The position numbers were made by a program, and so were the translations under genes. A DNA stretch of 64,000 bases from a virus, in IMG/VR virus record IMGVR_UViG_3300035228_001133, positions 1 to 64,000 of that record. One strand, given 5' to 3'. How positions within the stretch are numbered: the stretch's first letter is position 1; each line of letters starts with the position of its first letter. Shown here piece after piece: positions 1-9,900 of the stretch. The notes under the pieces are model-generated. The model was given only the letters and a program-made list of their open reading frames with translations, made no database searches and was not told the origin of the DNA.

Positions 1-129
1 GGGAAGATTGTGAAGAGTGAAGCGAATCGTATTGCTATCTTTGATGGTAACATTAATCATCATGGATATACATGCACTGATGCTCAAACTCGTATTATCT
101 TAAATCTTAATTATCTTGTATTGCCATGA
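1..129 (+). CDS. C-terminal end of a probable 2OG-Fe(II) oxygenase (truncated by window start)
   Basis: Frame 1 reads GKIVKSEANRIAIFDGNINHHGYTCTDAQTRIILNLNYLVLP*, the typical 'NR...F...H.G.....R..LN.NY' distal His/Arg end of phage 2OG-Fe(II) oxygenases. Confidence 0.7.
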   Translation, partial: GKIVKSEANRIAIFDGNINHHGYTCTDAQTRIILNLNYLVLP

Positions 130-260
130 AAAAAGAAACATCGTCAACTCGACAAGTGTTTAATTATTATGGACAATTATCAGTCAAATCACAAGACCGA
201 TTGTATAGAGAGATTATAAAGTATTATAGGGATGAAGAGATGCAAAGGATTGACAATTGA
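126..260 (+). CDS. Small hypothetical protein (44 aa, MKKETSSTRQVFNYYG...)
   Basis: ATG overlaps the upstream TGA (ATGA coupling); below the ORF-track cutoff, read manually. Confidence 0.5.
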   Translation: MKKETSSTRQVFNYYGQLSVKSQDRLYREIIKYYRDEEMQRIDN

Positions 261-278
261 TATCTTCTCATATAAAAT
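250..278 (+). promoter_or_regulatory. Sigma70-like early promoter
   Basis: TTGACA(250-255)-17 nt-TAAAAT(273-278). Confidence 0.75.
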
Positions 279-303
279 AGTATGGTCTACTTCTCACTCT
301 ACA

Positions 304-510
304 ATGCTTCTTACTAACACTCAACTCACACGCTATCGCGTTACTATCGATTTCACCGTAGATGATACTAACTGTGTTCATCCTAGAGATTGGAACTGGA
401 AAGAACTTATACAGTTAAAAGGTGATGAAAAGGTAAGAGAATTATATGTAGAAAACCTCGGTACATATAACACGAAGAAAGGTAAGCGAAAGGAGAAGAA
501 GAATGGATGA
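304..510 (+). CDS. Hypothetical early protein (MLLTNTQLTRYRVTIDFTVD...)
   Basis: Track ORF 232-510; start moved to ATG 304 because the promoter at 250-278 lies inside the longer version. Confidence 0.65.
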   Translation: MLLTNTQLTRYRVTIDFTVDDTNCVHPRDWNWKELIQLKGDEKVRELYVENLGTYNTKKGKRKEKKNG

Positions 511-619
511 GGAAGAGTATGCAATGCTGATCGAATCAGAAGAGGAAAGGTATAGAGAAGATAATAAAGATGAGTATGATTATGAGTACGCAATCGAGGT
601 AGAATACGACAGCGATTAG
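503..619 (+). CDS. Very acidic 38-aa peptide (MDEEEYAMLIESEEERYREDNKDEYDYEYAIEVEYDSD)
   Basis: AAGGAG RBS at 490-495, overlaps the upstream stop, followed by a terminator. Confidence 0.6.
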   Translation: MDEEEYAMLIESEEERYREDNKDEYDYEYAIEVEYDSD

Positions 620-641
620 TGCTCTAATACACCGTAAAGTG

Positions 642-681
642 CCTTCGGATATGCTTCAGAGTATCTCCGAAGGTTCTTTTT
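642..681 (+). terminator. Rho-independent terminator
   Basis: CCTTCGGA...TCCGAAGG stem followed by TTCTTTTT. Confidence 0.7.
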
Positions 682-781
682 ATGCTATTAATTAAATGGC
701 TAATTAAATGTAGTTGCGTGTTGTATCTCTTGCGAATGTATGCGGTTTTAAATGGTCCTTAGAGTAGTGATCTTGGACCGC

Positions 782-810
782 AGGCTATCATGAATCCCAG
801 AAAATGTCAA
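782..810 (-). promoter_or_regulatory. Leftward sigma70-like promoter
   Basis: Minus strand TTGACA(810-805)-17 nt-TAGCCT(787-782) with an extended TGn. Confidence 0.45.
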
Positions 811-867
811 GACCTCCGAGGCACACCTATGGACCCCTTATAAGGGATTCTGATGGTAGCAAATTAC

Positions 868-896
868 TTGACAATCCTTGGGGCATTCGTTATACT
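868..896 (+). promoter_or_regulatory. Sigma70-like early promoter
   Basis: TTGACA(868-873)-17 nt-TATACT(891-896). Confidence 0.8.
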
Positions 897-1053
897 AACT
901 CTGTAAGGGTTCAAAGGACAGTGCTTAGCTTATAGCTACCATACTTTCAGTCCCTATGAGTCGTTCTGTGTACACTACGTAAACTGTCCACTATTCTCCC
1001 ATGAGCAGTCTAGATCGTGTATATTAAGAGAGTCAAAGAGATTTGCTTCACAA

Positions 1054-1251
1054 ATGACTCAGACTACACTCAACGTTGCTACTGCATCCCGTGGAGATCT
1101 TCTGATTGCTGATGCTCGTGGAGAGGTAAAGTACACCGTGCTTAAGACTCAACGTCCTCGGAAGGATTTGCTTGTTATGACACAAACAAAGGGTCTCCGT
1201 ACTAACACTAACCGAGGTAAGATTAACACTAAGATGGCTTCACATATCTGA
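1054..1251 (+). CDS. Small basic hypothetical protein
   Basis: 65-aa ORF downstream of a promoter, with phage-like codon usage. Confidence 0.65.
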   Translation: MTQTTLNVATASRGDLLIADARGEVKYTVLKTQRPRKDLLVMTQTKGLRTNTNRGKINTKMASHI

Positions 1252-1272
1252 TACACATTGGACAGGGAGTGC

Positions 1273-1301
1273 TTGACATTCCCTCTGAAGTCTGGTAGGA
1301 T
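1273..1301 (+). promoter_or_regulatory. Sigma70-like promoter
   Basis: TTGACA(1273-1278)-17 nt-TAGGAT(1296-1301) with TG extension. Confidence 0.65.
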
Positions 1302-1461
1302 ATCAGTAGCAAATAGCAGGGGGTTGTTTTAATAATAGCTAACTACCCTAACCTACAACGAACCAAAATCGAGAGAGTGATTACGAGTTCATTTAAAAAA
1401 TTTTTCAGGTATAAAAAAGTCCTGTAAGGTCGAGCATAGATAAGGAGATAGTCAAGGAATT

Positions 1462-1659
1462 ATGCCAACTTATAATATTAACGAGATGCTCTTTCATGTA
1501 TATGAGAAGACTACTGAGGGACAAACGAGAGTACTCAATTATTGTTTAACAGTAGATGAACTGGAAGATAAGTTAGAGAATAAAGAGATTGATATAAGCA
1601 AAGTAGAAATCGAAGTATTACCACCTGATCCAGGGGCTTGTGAAGATGCAAGTTATTGA
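1462..1659 (+). CDS. Hypothetical protein
   Basis: 65-aa ORF with AAGGA RBS; acidic, ends ...EDASY. Confidence 0.65.
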   Translation: MPTYNINEMLFHVYEKTTEGQTRVLNYCLTVDELEDKLENKEIDISKVEIEVLPPDPGACEDASY

Positions 1660-2311
1660 TCTACCAAACTTCGGTATTATTGAAGCACAACTCACCCAGG
1701 AACAGATTGATTGTCTCTACGATGATCTGATTCGACAAGCTCCTGAGGGGTGGGAATTTGACGGACATAAAATTGTCAAGGGAACGGAAGTACCTCAGTG
1801 GGACTTCGAGTGGTCTGAAGAGACGTATGAGAAGTTTATGGGAGAGTGTCTCGGTCCTTGCATCAACACGTATGCCGAGAAGTATGGTAAGCATACTCTG
1901 ATGTGTACCTCACAGATGCACGGAATTAATGTAAGTCGGTGTTGGGTGAGATGTAGCAAGCCAGGAGAGTATCTCTCAATACATGATCACAGCGCTCTGT
2001 GGTCCTTTGCAGTGTGGTTAAACATTCCATATGACTATAGAGATGAACAGAAGGACAATGAAGCGTTCAGACCTTATGCAGGGGACTTTCAATTAATCTA
2101 TCCATCAACTACAGGTATTATGTTGAAGAAGAATTGGAGACTTGATAGAGGTATGGAAGGACGTATGATTTTCTTCCCGAGTCAGATTAGTCATATGGTA
2201 TATCCACATCATACCACCAGCGGCGCGGCGTTCGACGGTGAGTATCGCGTATGTGTTGCAGGTAACGTATCATTGGATAGTTATCAAGTAATAGACAATG
2301 TTGCTTCTTAA
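1640..2311 (+). CDS. 2OG-Fe(II) oxygenase-like protein
   Basis: HDH...SFAVWL, 'EGRMIFFPSQISHMVYP', distal R(VCVAGN). Confidence 0.8.
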   Translation: MKMQVIDLPNFGIIEAQLTQEQIDCLYDDLIRQAPEGWEFDGHKIVKGTEVPQWDFEWSEETYEKFMGECLGPCINTYAEKYGKHTLMCTSQMHGINVSRCWVRCSKPGEYLSIHDHSALWSFAVWLNIPYDYRDEQKDNEAFRPYAGDFQLIYPSTTGIMLKKNWRLDRGMEGRMIFFPSQISHMVYPHHTTSGAAFDGEYRVCVAGNVSLDSYQVIDNVAS

Positions 2312-2352
2312 AATATTAAATGTATAGATAGGTTAACATTGTTAATATAAGC

Positions 2353-2502
2353 ATGAATGTAGAACTGGAACCTTATCATCTAGACTTGATAGTTGAGACA
2401 ATTTCGTATAGACTAGAGGAGGACAGTCAATTACATTTTTTACCTGATGTGCGCTCTGACCTAGAAGAACTACTTGCCATTTTTGAAGATGAATGTTTAT
2501 AA
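2353..2502 (+). CDS. Small acidic hypothetical protein (49 aa, MNVELEPYHLDLIVETISYRLEED...)
   Basis: Read manually; fills the gap and overlaps the next ORF. Confidence 0.55.
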   Translation: MNVELEPYHLDLIVETISYRLEEDSQLHFLPDVRSDLEELLAIFEDECL

Positions 2503-2656
2503 TGTATTTGTCGGTGAAGACATGATTATTCATGAGTGCCGAGAAGAAGATTTAAAGCATAAGCTTGTATTTGTCAGAGAGTATTTTGATTGGTATAAAG
2601 ATGATGACCTCCGCAATGAGATGTTGAAAATCGTTAAGATTGATACCTCTAAATAA
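2489..2656 (+). CDS. Small hypothetical protein
   Basis: Track ORF 2474-2656; first ATG at 2489. Confidence 0.55.
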   Translation: MNVYNVFVGEDMIIHECREEDLKHKLVFVREYFDWYKDDDLRNEMLKIVKIDTSK

Positions 2657-2718
2657 ACCGTGACCATTGCAATGATTGGTTTGCTGTGGTAGAATAATTT
2701 TGTAAAACATTCTAAGTT

Positions 2719-3471
2719 ATGGCTAAAGGATTTACTGTAAAAGCAAAAGCTCCTACTCCCAAGAAAGTAGAAGATGATTTTGACCTCGCAGCTGCTAAAG
2801 AAATGGTAAAGGGCAAAAGCATTGTCTTTTGTCTTCCAGGACGCGGCGTCTCGTATATTTTTCTCAAAGCATTTGTTCAACTATGCTTTGATCTAGTTCA
2901 AACAGGTGCAAGTATTCAGATTGCACAGGACTACTCTTCCATGGTTAACTTTGCACGATGCAAAGTACTCGGTGCTAACGTTCTCCGTGGACCCAAACAG
3001 ATTCCCTGGGATGGGAAACTGGAATATGATTATCAACTGTGGATCGACTCGGACATCGTTTTTGATGTTGAGAAGTTCTACCGTCTTGTGTGGATGAAGA
3101 AGGACATCGCAGCTGGTTGGTACATGACTGAAGATGGTAAGACCACTTCGGTTGCACATTGGCTTGAAGAAGAGGACTTCGCTAAGAATGGCGGTGTGAT
3201 GAATCACGAAACTGGTGAATCAATCTCTCGTCGTCGTAAGCCTTTCACCGTGGACTACACAGGTTTCGGATGGGTACTGATCAAGAAAGGAGTCTTCGAG
3301 AGTCTTGAGTATCCCTGGTTCGCTCCTAAGATGCAAGTCTTTGATTCTGGTGATGTTCAGGATATGTGTGGTGAAGACGTTTCCTTCTGTCTTGACGCTA
3401 AGGAAGCTGGTTATGAGATCTGGTGTGATCCAGGCATCCGTGTTGGACACGAGAAGACCCGAGTCATCTGA
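2719..3471 (+). CDS. GT-A fold glycosyltransferase-like protein
   Basis: WIDSDIVF DxD motif, 'TGFGWVLIKKGVFE', 'GEDVSFC', 'VGHEK'. Confidence 0.8.
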   Translation: MAKGFTVKAKAPTPKKVEDDFDLAAAKEMVKGKSIVFCLPGRGVSYIFLKAFVQLCFDLVQTGASIQIAQDYSSMVNFARCKVLGANVLRGPKQIPWDGKLEYDYQLWIDSDIVFDVEKFYRLVWMKKDIAAGWYMTEDGKTTSVAHWLEEEDFAKNGGVMNHETGESISRRRKPFTVDYTGFGWVLIKKGVFESLEYPWFAPKMQVFDSGDVQDMCGEDVSFCLDAKEAGYEIWCDPGIRVGHEKTRVI

Positions 3472-3626
3472 TGCAATATAAAGTTATGGAGTTGGGTACT
3501 GATGGGTGGGGTATCAACAATCCCGTCCTAGATCAACACCTAACTAAGGAACAAGCTAAAGAGAGACTTGAACATTATATAAGTGAGGGAGTCTCTCCCC
3601 AAAGACTCCAAGCAACACCTGAATAA
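3471..3626 (+). CDS. Small protein (51 aa, MQYKVMELGTDGW...LTKEQAKERLE...PQRLQA), resembles a small cyanobacterial/cyanophage family
   Basis: TGATG coupling to the upstream gene; 'E..T.GW...LTKEQ...G..P.RL' pattern recalled, not searched. Confidence 0.6.
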   Translation: MQYKVMELGTDGWGINNPVLDQHLTKEQAKERLEHYISEGVSPQRLQATPE

Positions 3627-3685
3627 ATCCTGGCGGCGCGTTTCTCTGCGCTGTCTCCCTAAAAACCTCTAAGTATTACTAAATA

Positions 3686-3832
3686 ATGGCTGTAAGAAAA
3701 ATGACTAAGGAGGGTTCGGCTTTCATCGAATCTCAACCTAAGAAAACTCGTCAAGGTAGTGGACAAAATACTAAGTATGCCGCTACATCTGCAAACAACA
3801 AACGTAAACGCTATCGGGGACAAGGAAGGTAA
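3686..3832 (+). CDS. Small basic late protein ending KRYRGQGR
   Basis: MAVRKMTKEGSAFIESQPKKTRQGSGQNTKYAATSANNKRKRYRGQGR; CTAAATA at 3679-3685; true start may be ATG 3701. Confidence 0.7.
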   Translation: MAVRKMTKEGSAFIESQPKKTRQGSGQNTKYAATSANNKRKRYRGQGR

Positions 3833-3987
3833 TGGCTGATTCTGATCCAAGAAACTCACCTAATGCAGAAGCTCCTGCAACTGAAGGTGCTCAACAGTTT
3901 GGGTATGATGTTGCTGCTCAAGCAAGAAAGAAAGCAAAAGAGTCTAGAAACGAAACTAATCCAAATTCACCTCTTGCTGCTGGTTAG
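3832..3987 (+). CDS. Small hypothetical protein (51 aa, MADSDPRNSPNAE...)
   Basis: TAATG coupling; read manually. Confidence 0.55.
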   Translation: MADSDPRNSPNAEAPATEGAQQFGYDVAAQARKKAKESRNETNPNSPLAAG

Positions 3988-3992
3988 ATTGT

Positions 3993-4643
3993 ATGAGTTC
4001 ACTAGTTGTTAATCTACCCGCACAAAAAGTGTGGGTCCGTAAAGAGTATCTAAGAGACTTGCAAGACGGACATGGTGAATTTATTGAAGGCGTCTGGGTG
4101 TCGGCTAAGTCGATACCTGGACGTTCTTTTTATTTTGAAACTTATTTGCCTGAATATGGTGCAATGTTTGATAAATTGCCTATCAGTGCATTTGTTTCCG
4201 AACCAAAGACACCTGATCCTGATTTAGATCTGCCTAATTTGCAGTTTTGGAATTGTATGGACTATGGAGTAATCAATGTATGCAAACAATTTGTAGCATC
4301 TATGGACTGGCAAGTCCGAACTAGACACTTTGGTAACCTAATGGGTACATATATTTGTACTCTAGACAATTATCATGATGATCCTGATGCAATTGATTAC
4401 TCTACAAGTGAAATTCCAGAGGAACATAAGTCATTTAATGTACTTGAATTGGAAAATGGTCAGTTTGCGCTGTACCCGAACAACAGATGTCGTATTTTTG
4501 ACATTAGTTTGACTCCCCAAGAGCCAAAAATACCCGACTTTAAGGTCTCTACGGAGTACTATCAGGTAGAAAACGGTATTGATTGGGGTAGATTGGGTGA
4601 TACTGATGAATATTTCTGGGAAACACCTGAAGAAAAGGGATAA
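3993..4643 (+). CDS. Conserved T4-like phage hypothetical protein upstream of gp25
   Basis: 216-aa ORF with 'VRKEYL.D...GHGEF', 'LPISAF', 'QFALYPNNR' motifs. Confidence 0.8.
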   Translation: MSSLVVNLPAQKVWVRKEYLRDLQDGHGEFIEGVWVSAKSIPGRSFYFETYLPEYGAMFDKLPISAFVSEPKTPDPDLDLPNLQFWNCMDYGVINVCKQFVASMDWQVRTRHFGNLMGTYICTLDNYHDDPDAIDYSTSEIPEEHKSFNVLELENGQFALYPNNRCRIFDISLTPQEPKIPDFKVSTEYYQVENGIDWGRLGDTDEYFWETPEEKG

Positions 4644-4674
4644 ATAAAAGGCGGAGATAGAAACTCTAACCATA

Positions 4675-5082
4675 ATGGCCAGATCCGTCCGAACCTCTAG
4701 AACTTTTAAAGATATTAGCCTGTCATTTGTAGCTCATCCTGTTACAAATGACCTAGGAGCGTTTCATGATGCAGATGCAATTAAAAGATCTGTAACTAAT
4801 TTGGTCAGAACTAACATTGGAGAAAGGTTTTTCCAAAATTTAATTGGTTCTAAAGTTGAATATTCCTTATTTGAACAACCAACAAATGAGTTAGCTTCTG
4901 GATTGGAAGAAGAAATTAGTTATTTACTTACAAATTTCGAGGAAAGGATAAATGATACCCAGGTCAGAGTGTATTATCCCCCAGATGGCAATGAGATGAA
5001 TGTTCATATCACATATAACATCATTGGATTGCCTTTACCAGTGCAAGATATCGAATTCATCCTACAATCTACTAGGACATAA
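4675..5082 (+). CDS. gp25: Baseplate wedge subunit gp25
   Basis: 'FKDISLSF..HPVTND', 'AIKRSV.NLVRT..GERFF', 'FEERI'; ATAAATA at 4640-4646; synteny. Confidence 0.92.
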   Translation: MARSVRTSRTFKDISLSFVAHPVTNDLGAFHDADAIKRSVTNLVRTNIGERFFQNLIGSKVEYSLFEQPTNELASGLEEEISYLLTNFEERINDTQVRVYYPPDGNEMNVHITYNIIGLPLPVQDIEFILQSTRT

Positions 5083-6953
5083 TGTCATTTAATCAATTTA
5101 CAAACCTAGATTTTGATAGCCTTAAGATACAAATTAAGGATTATCTTCGTGCGAACAGTAATTTTACTGATTTCGACTTTGATGGATCTAACTTTTCGGT
5201 ATTAATTGACCTTCTTGCTTATAATTCTTACATTACGTCATATAATACCAATATGGCTGTTAATGAGTGCTTCCTTGATAGTGCTACTCTACGAGAAAAT
5301 GTCGTTGCACTATCAAGGAACATTGGTTATGTACCTAGATCAAGTAGATCGGCTCGTGCTGTCATCAATTTTTCGGTAAATTTGGGTACAAATGACACTA
5401 GAATCGTAACTGTGAAGGCTGGAACAGTTGCACTAGGGTCTCAAGTACAAGGACAATACATTTTTTCAATTCCTGACGACTTTGTTACGACTGTAGATGC
5501 TAACAATGTTGCATTTTTTGAAAATTTAAACATTTATGAAGGAGTTTACCTTACAAAAACTTATACAGTAGATTATTCTCTTCCAAATCAACGATATATT
5601 ATACCAAATGCTAATGTTGACACTACTTCAATTCGTGTTAAGGTAGAATCTACAACAAATGAGATTTATCAACTATTCGATAACATTCTAAGAGTCGATT
5701 CTACTTCCAGATTGTTCCTTATTCAGGAAATAGAAGACGAAAAATACGAAATTCTTTTCGGTGACGACATTTTAGGCAAAAAACCACCTGCTGGTGCTAA
5801 AATTACCGTAAGTTATATCGTTAATAATGGTAGTAAAGTTAATGGTGCTGCTAATTTTACGTTTAGTGGTATTCTTAAGGACGATACGATCTCAACTATA
5901 ACTGATGGCATCTCATTGATTAGCACTCAAGAGAAAGCTACGGGTGGAGATGATGTTGAAAGTGTAAGTTCTATCAAATATCTTGCACCCCGTATATACG
6001 CGGCACAGTACCGTGCAGTGACGGCAAATGACTATAAGGGTATAATCCCCTTCATATACCCCAACGTTGAATCTGTGACCTCCTACGGGGGGGAGGAGTT
6101 GAATCCGCCTGAGTTTGGTAAAGTATTCATATCAGTTAAACCAAGAAATGGTTCTTTCTTATCACAGATAACTAAAGACCAAATTTCGAGAGAACTAAAA
6201 CAATATTCTATTGCAGGTATAAAACCAGAAATTGTAGATCTGAAATATTTGTATGTGGAAACTAATGCAGCAGTTTATTACAATACAAACTCTGTTTTCG
6301 ATGCCTCTGCATTGAGAACTAAAATTTTCAATACTCTTACTGTTTATTCTCAGTCTGACGACATTAACAGTTTTGGTGGAAGATTTAAGTATAGTAAAGT
6401 TGTAGCTCTTATTGATGATACTGATAATGGAGTTACCTCTAATATTACCAAGGTTAAGATTAGAAGAGACTTAGTTCCTGAAAGTGGGTTATTTGCAACA
6501 TATGAATTATGTTTTGGTAATGCTTTCTTTGTAAATTCTACTGGGTACTCTGTACGCTCCACTGGATTTACTGTAGATGGTATTGGTGGAACTCTTTACC
6601 TTGCTGATATCCCGAGTACTACTACTAGAGGAAGAATCATATTCTTCAAATTAGAAAATAATGAACCAGTTATTGTTAAGAATAATGCTGGAACAGTTAA
6701 ATATGATGAGGGAGAGGTTCTTTTGGATGTGGTAAATATATCAGGAACTTCTTTGAGTAATGGAACAGTTCAAGTAGAAGCAGTCCCCGAGTCTAATGAT
6801 GTTATTGCGTTGAAGGACATCTATTTGCAATATGATGTTGCAAATAGTGAGGTAACTGCTCTCGTTGACGTTGTTTCTTCTGGTGAGAATACTTCCGCTA
6901 CCTCATATGTTGTGACCTCCAGCTATTCCGACGAAGGATATATCAGATCGTAA
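5082..6953 (+). CDS. gp6: Baseplate wedge subunit gp6
   Basis: 'LDFD..K..IKDYLR...FTDFDFDGSN.SVLIDLLAYN', 'RAVTANDY'. Confidence 0.95.
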   Translation: MSFNQFTNLDFDSLKIQIKDYLRANSNFTDFDFDGSNFSVLIDLLAYNSYITSYNTNMAVNECFLDSATLRENVVALSRNIGYVPRSSRSARAVINFSVNLGTNDTRIVTVKAGTVALGSQVQGQYIFSIPDDFVTTVDANNVAFFENLNIYEGVYLTKTYTVDYSLPNQRYIIPNANVDTTSIRVKVESTTNEIYQLFDNILRVDSTSRLFLIQEIEDEKYEILFGDDILGKKPPAGAKITVSYIVNNGSKVNGAANFTFSGILKDDTISTITDGISLISTQEKATGGDDVESVSSIKYLAPRIYAAQYRAVTANDYKGIIPFIYPNVESVTSYGGEELNPPEFGKVFISVKPRNGSFLSQITKDQISRELKQYSIAGIKPEIVDLKYLYVETNAAVYYNTNSVFDASALRTKIFNTLTVYSQSDDINSFGGRFKYSKVVALIDDTDNGVTSNITKVKIRRDLVPESGLFATYELCFGNAFFVNSTGYSVRSTGFTVDGIGGTLYLADIPSTTTRGRIIFFKLENNEPVIVKNNAGTVKYDEGEVLLDVVNISGTSLSNGTVQVEAVPESNDVIALKDIYLQYDVANSEVTALVDVVSSGENTSATSYVVTSSYSDEGYIRS

Positions 6954-6954
6954 A

Positions 6955-9900
6955 ATGACTGAACAAAACAAAGTTAAGATCTCTCAACTAATTGAGTCTC
7001 AGATTCCTTCTTTTCTGAATCAGGAGTCTCCACTTTTTCGTGAGTTTTTAGAACAGTATTATATTTCTCAGGAACATCAATCTGGTGTTGTTGATCTTGC
7101 TGTTAATTTGCCAGACTATAGGCAAATTTCTTCATTCAATAATGAAACTTTAATACCATATAATGTTCTCCTTGCAAATATTTTTGCTTCTGACGACATA
7201 ATCACAGTTCAGTCAACTGCAGGATGGCCTGATCAGTATGGACTTATTAAAATTGATAATGAGATTATTACATATAAGTCTAAGACCGAAACTCAGTTTT
7301 TAGATTGTAGTAGAGGATTTAGTGGAATTTCTAAAATTCAACAAGATGTTAATTCTGAATTTTTAGATTTCACTATCTCTGATGCTGATGAACATAGTTC
7401 TGGATCGTTAGTATATAATCTTAGTAATTTATTCTTACAAGAATTCTTTTCCAAATTCAAGAAAGAATTTTTACCTGGATTTGAAAATAGATCTTTTGTT
7501 GCAGGCACTTCAATTCAAAATATCCTTACTAGAGCTAAGGATTTTTATTCTGCAAAAGGAACTGATGCATCATATCAGATTCTCTTTAAACTATTGTATG
7601 GTGAAGAGATTGATATTAAAAAACCAATTGAAAATACTATTATTGCTTCAGCCAATGTTTATTTTAAGACTAAAAACATTCTTGTAGAAAATCTTTTTGA
7701 TGGGGATCCTCTACAAATTGTCGGTAACTTTCTGTTCCAGAATGTAACTGGTATTGGAACAGTAAGTGCTTCAATTTATAATGTAGAATATAGACCTATT
7801 GACAATAAAGATTTTTATGAAGTCTCTCTAGATGCATCTTCATTCTCTGGACGCTATGAAGTTCCTGGTAAAACAAAAACACTACAAGGAATTCCTCAGT
7901 TCGCAAATAATATTCTTGTTGACTCTACTATTGGATTTGATCGACAGGGATCTCTTCTAATCAAACCTACTGTAGATTCAAACTTTATTGAAATATCATA
8001 TACTGACAAAACGGTTAACCAATTTTTAGGTGTCAGTGGTATTTCCACTGACTTGGTTTTTGGGGCAGAAATTTTTGAAGATAAACTAGCTTTTTCTTAC
8101 GCTGGGTTTGGACAGACATCTCAGGTACAGTTGAGAATCGTTAATGTAATTGATAATATTGATGTAAGTGATACTGCCAATATGGTAGTTGGTGATAGTT
8201 TAAAACTATCCACTTTCGGTCTCGATAAGGGAGAAGATTCTCAGTTTAATAGTTGGATCTATAATATCCCAACAATCCATAATATTAGTTCTGTTGATCA
8301 ACTCAACATTAATACTTTTAGGATTAATCTTTTTGATGAAGTTGTCTTCTTTATTGGTGAGAAGATCATGCTCTCCAATGACAATACGGAGATATCTGGT
8401 GAGATTAAAGTTATTGAGTATGACTCTTCTAGAAGTGAAAAGAGACTCAGTAATAGAGTTGTAGTGTTGGTGAATGGATCTCTTCCGATAGAACCAAAAA
8501 TTCTCAAAAAAACAATTGTAAAGGCGCAACATAACCTAGGTAGATTTCCAGAAATTAATAATTTCCCTGTTGGAATTCAGAATAGTTATCTTTCTGATAA
8601 TGGAGATGACTATTTTATAACTACGGCTGGTATTCCAAACTATCCTTTATTTGCAACTGACAATAGAAGATTTCTTAGAACTGATATTAATGTAAGTACT
8701 GACTCCAATGGAACTCCAATCAATGGTGGTGGGTTTACATATCTACTGAAGTCTGTGGATATTGATGATATCAACACTTCTATTAAACATAGTTATACAA
8801 CTGGCGATAAAATCTTCTGGGATAATATTGATAATGCTGGAATACAGACGGGAATTTATTTTGTTACTGCTGTAAATGAGACTGATTTATTCTTATCTTT
8901 TAGTGGATCCGATGTATTTTCTAAAAAATATATTCCACTAAGAATAAACTCTACGGGACAGTATGTTGTTAAATCTGGTTTTGAAAATAAAAATTTAGAA
9001 CACCAGAAAATTTTAAAGAAGTTTCCATATGTACGGAAGGAACAATATTTTGATGACCCAAATGATAGAGATGTTAAAAACAGAGCTGTTGGTCTTCTAG
9101 CTAATGGTGTTGAAATATATCCACCAACTGTATTTGATGAACAGATTTATTATGGTGATGTTGTTAATATTAAAGTTACGAGTCCTGGCAAAAATTATGA
9201 TGTTATTAATGGTCCAGATTTAATAGTTCAAGATCAAAGTGGATCTGGGTGTAAAGCTTTTCCGACTGTTACGGGATCATTCAGTGAAGTTAGACTTGTT
9301 TCTCCTGGAATTGGATATCAAAGCAAACCAAAGATTACTGTAGAAGGTGGAAACGGCAATGGTGCCGTTCTGGAATCTAACTTAGTAAAAGGAAAAATCG
9401 TTGTTAATTTTAAGGCTGATGGAACATCCGTAAACTCCAACTCGGAAACTATTGATTTCCCATCGGTTCATAATTTTGAAGTTGGAGAAGAGGTCTTTTA
9501 TGACTCTAAAGGCAACACCCCTATTGGCAATCTGATTAGTGGAGCTACTTATTTTATTAGAGTTGTTGATAGTAAAACAATAGCCTTACATACATCTTTC
9601 CAAGATGCAGTTAATAATACTAATACAGTAAATATTGGAGCTCCAAGTTTTGGTTTTCATAGTTTTGTTTCTACAAAAGCTAAAAATACAATTACTCAGA
9701 TATATGTAAAAGAACCTGGAAGTGGATATTCAAATAGAAAAGTCATTGTTCCTTCTCGAACAACTGCTGCTGGAACAAGATCTGGTATCGACACCTCCGA
9801 TAATTATATCTACGCAAGAGGACATGGGTTTACTACTGGTGATGTTGTAAGATACTCTAGTACCAATATGATGGTTGGTGGATTGAGTAGCACTACAGAG

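Noticed and set aside
232-303. Track start for ORF 232-510 (and likewise the starts at 33555 and 49374)
   Set aside because: These extensions overlap a promoter, an upstream gene or a terminator; downstream ATGs fit better
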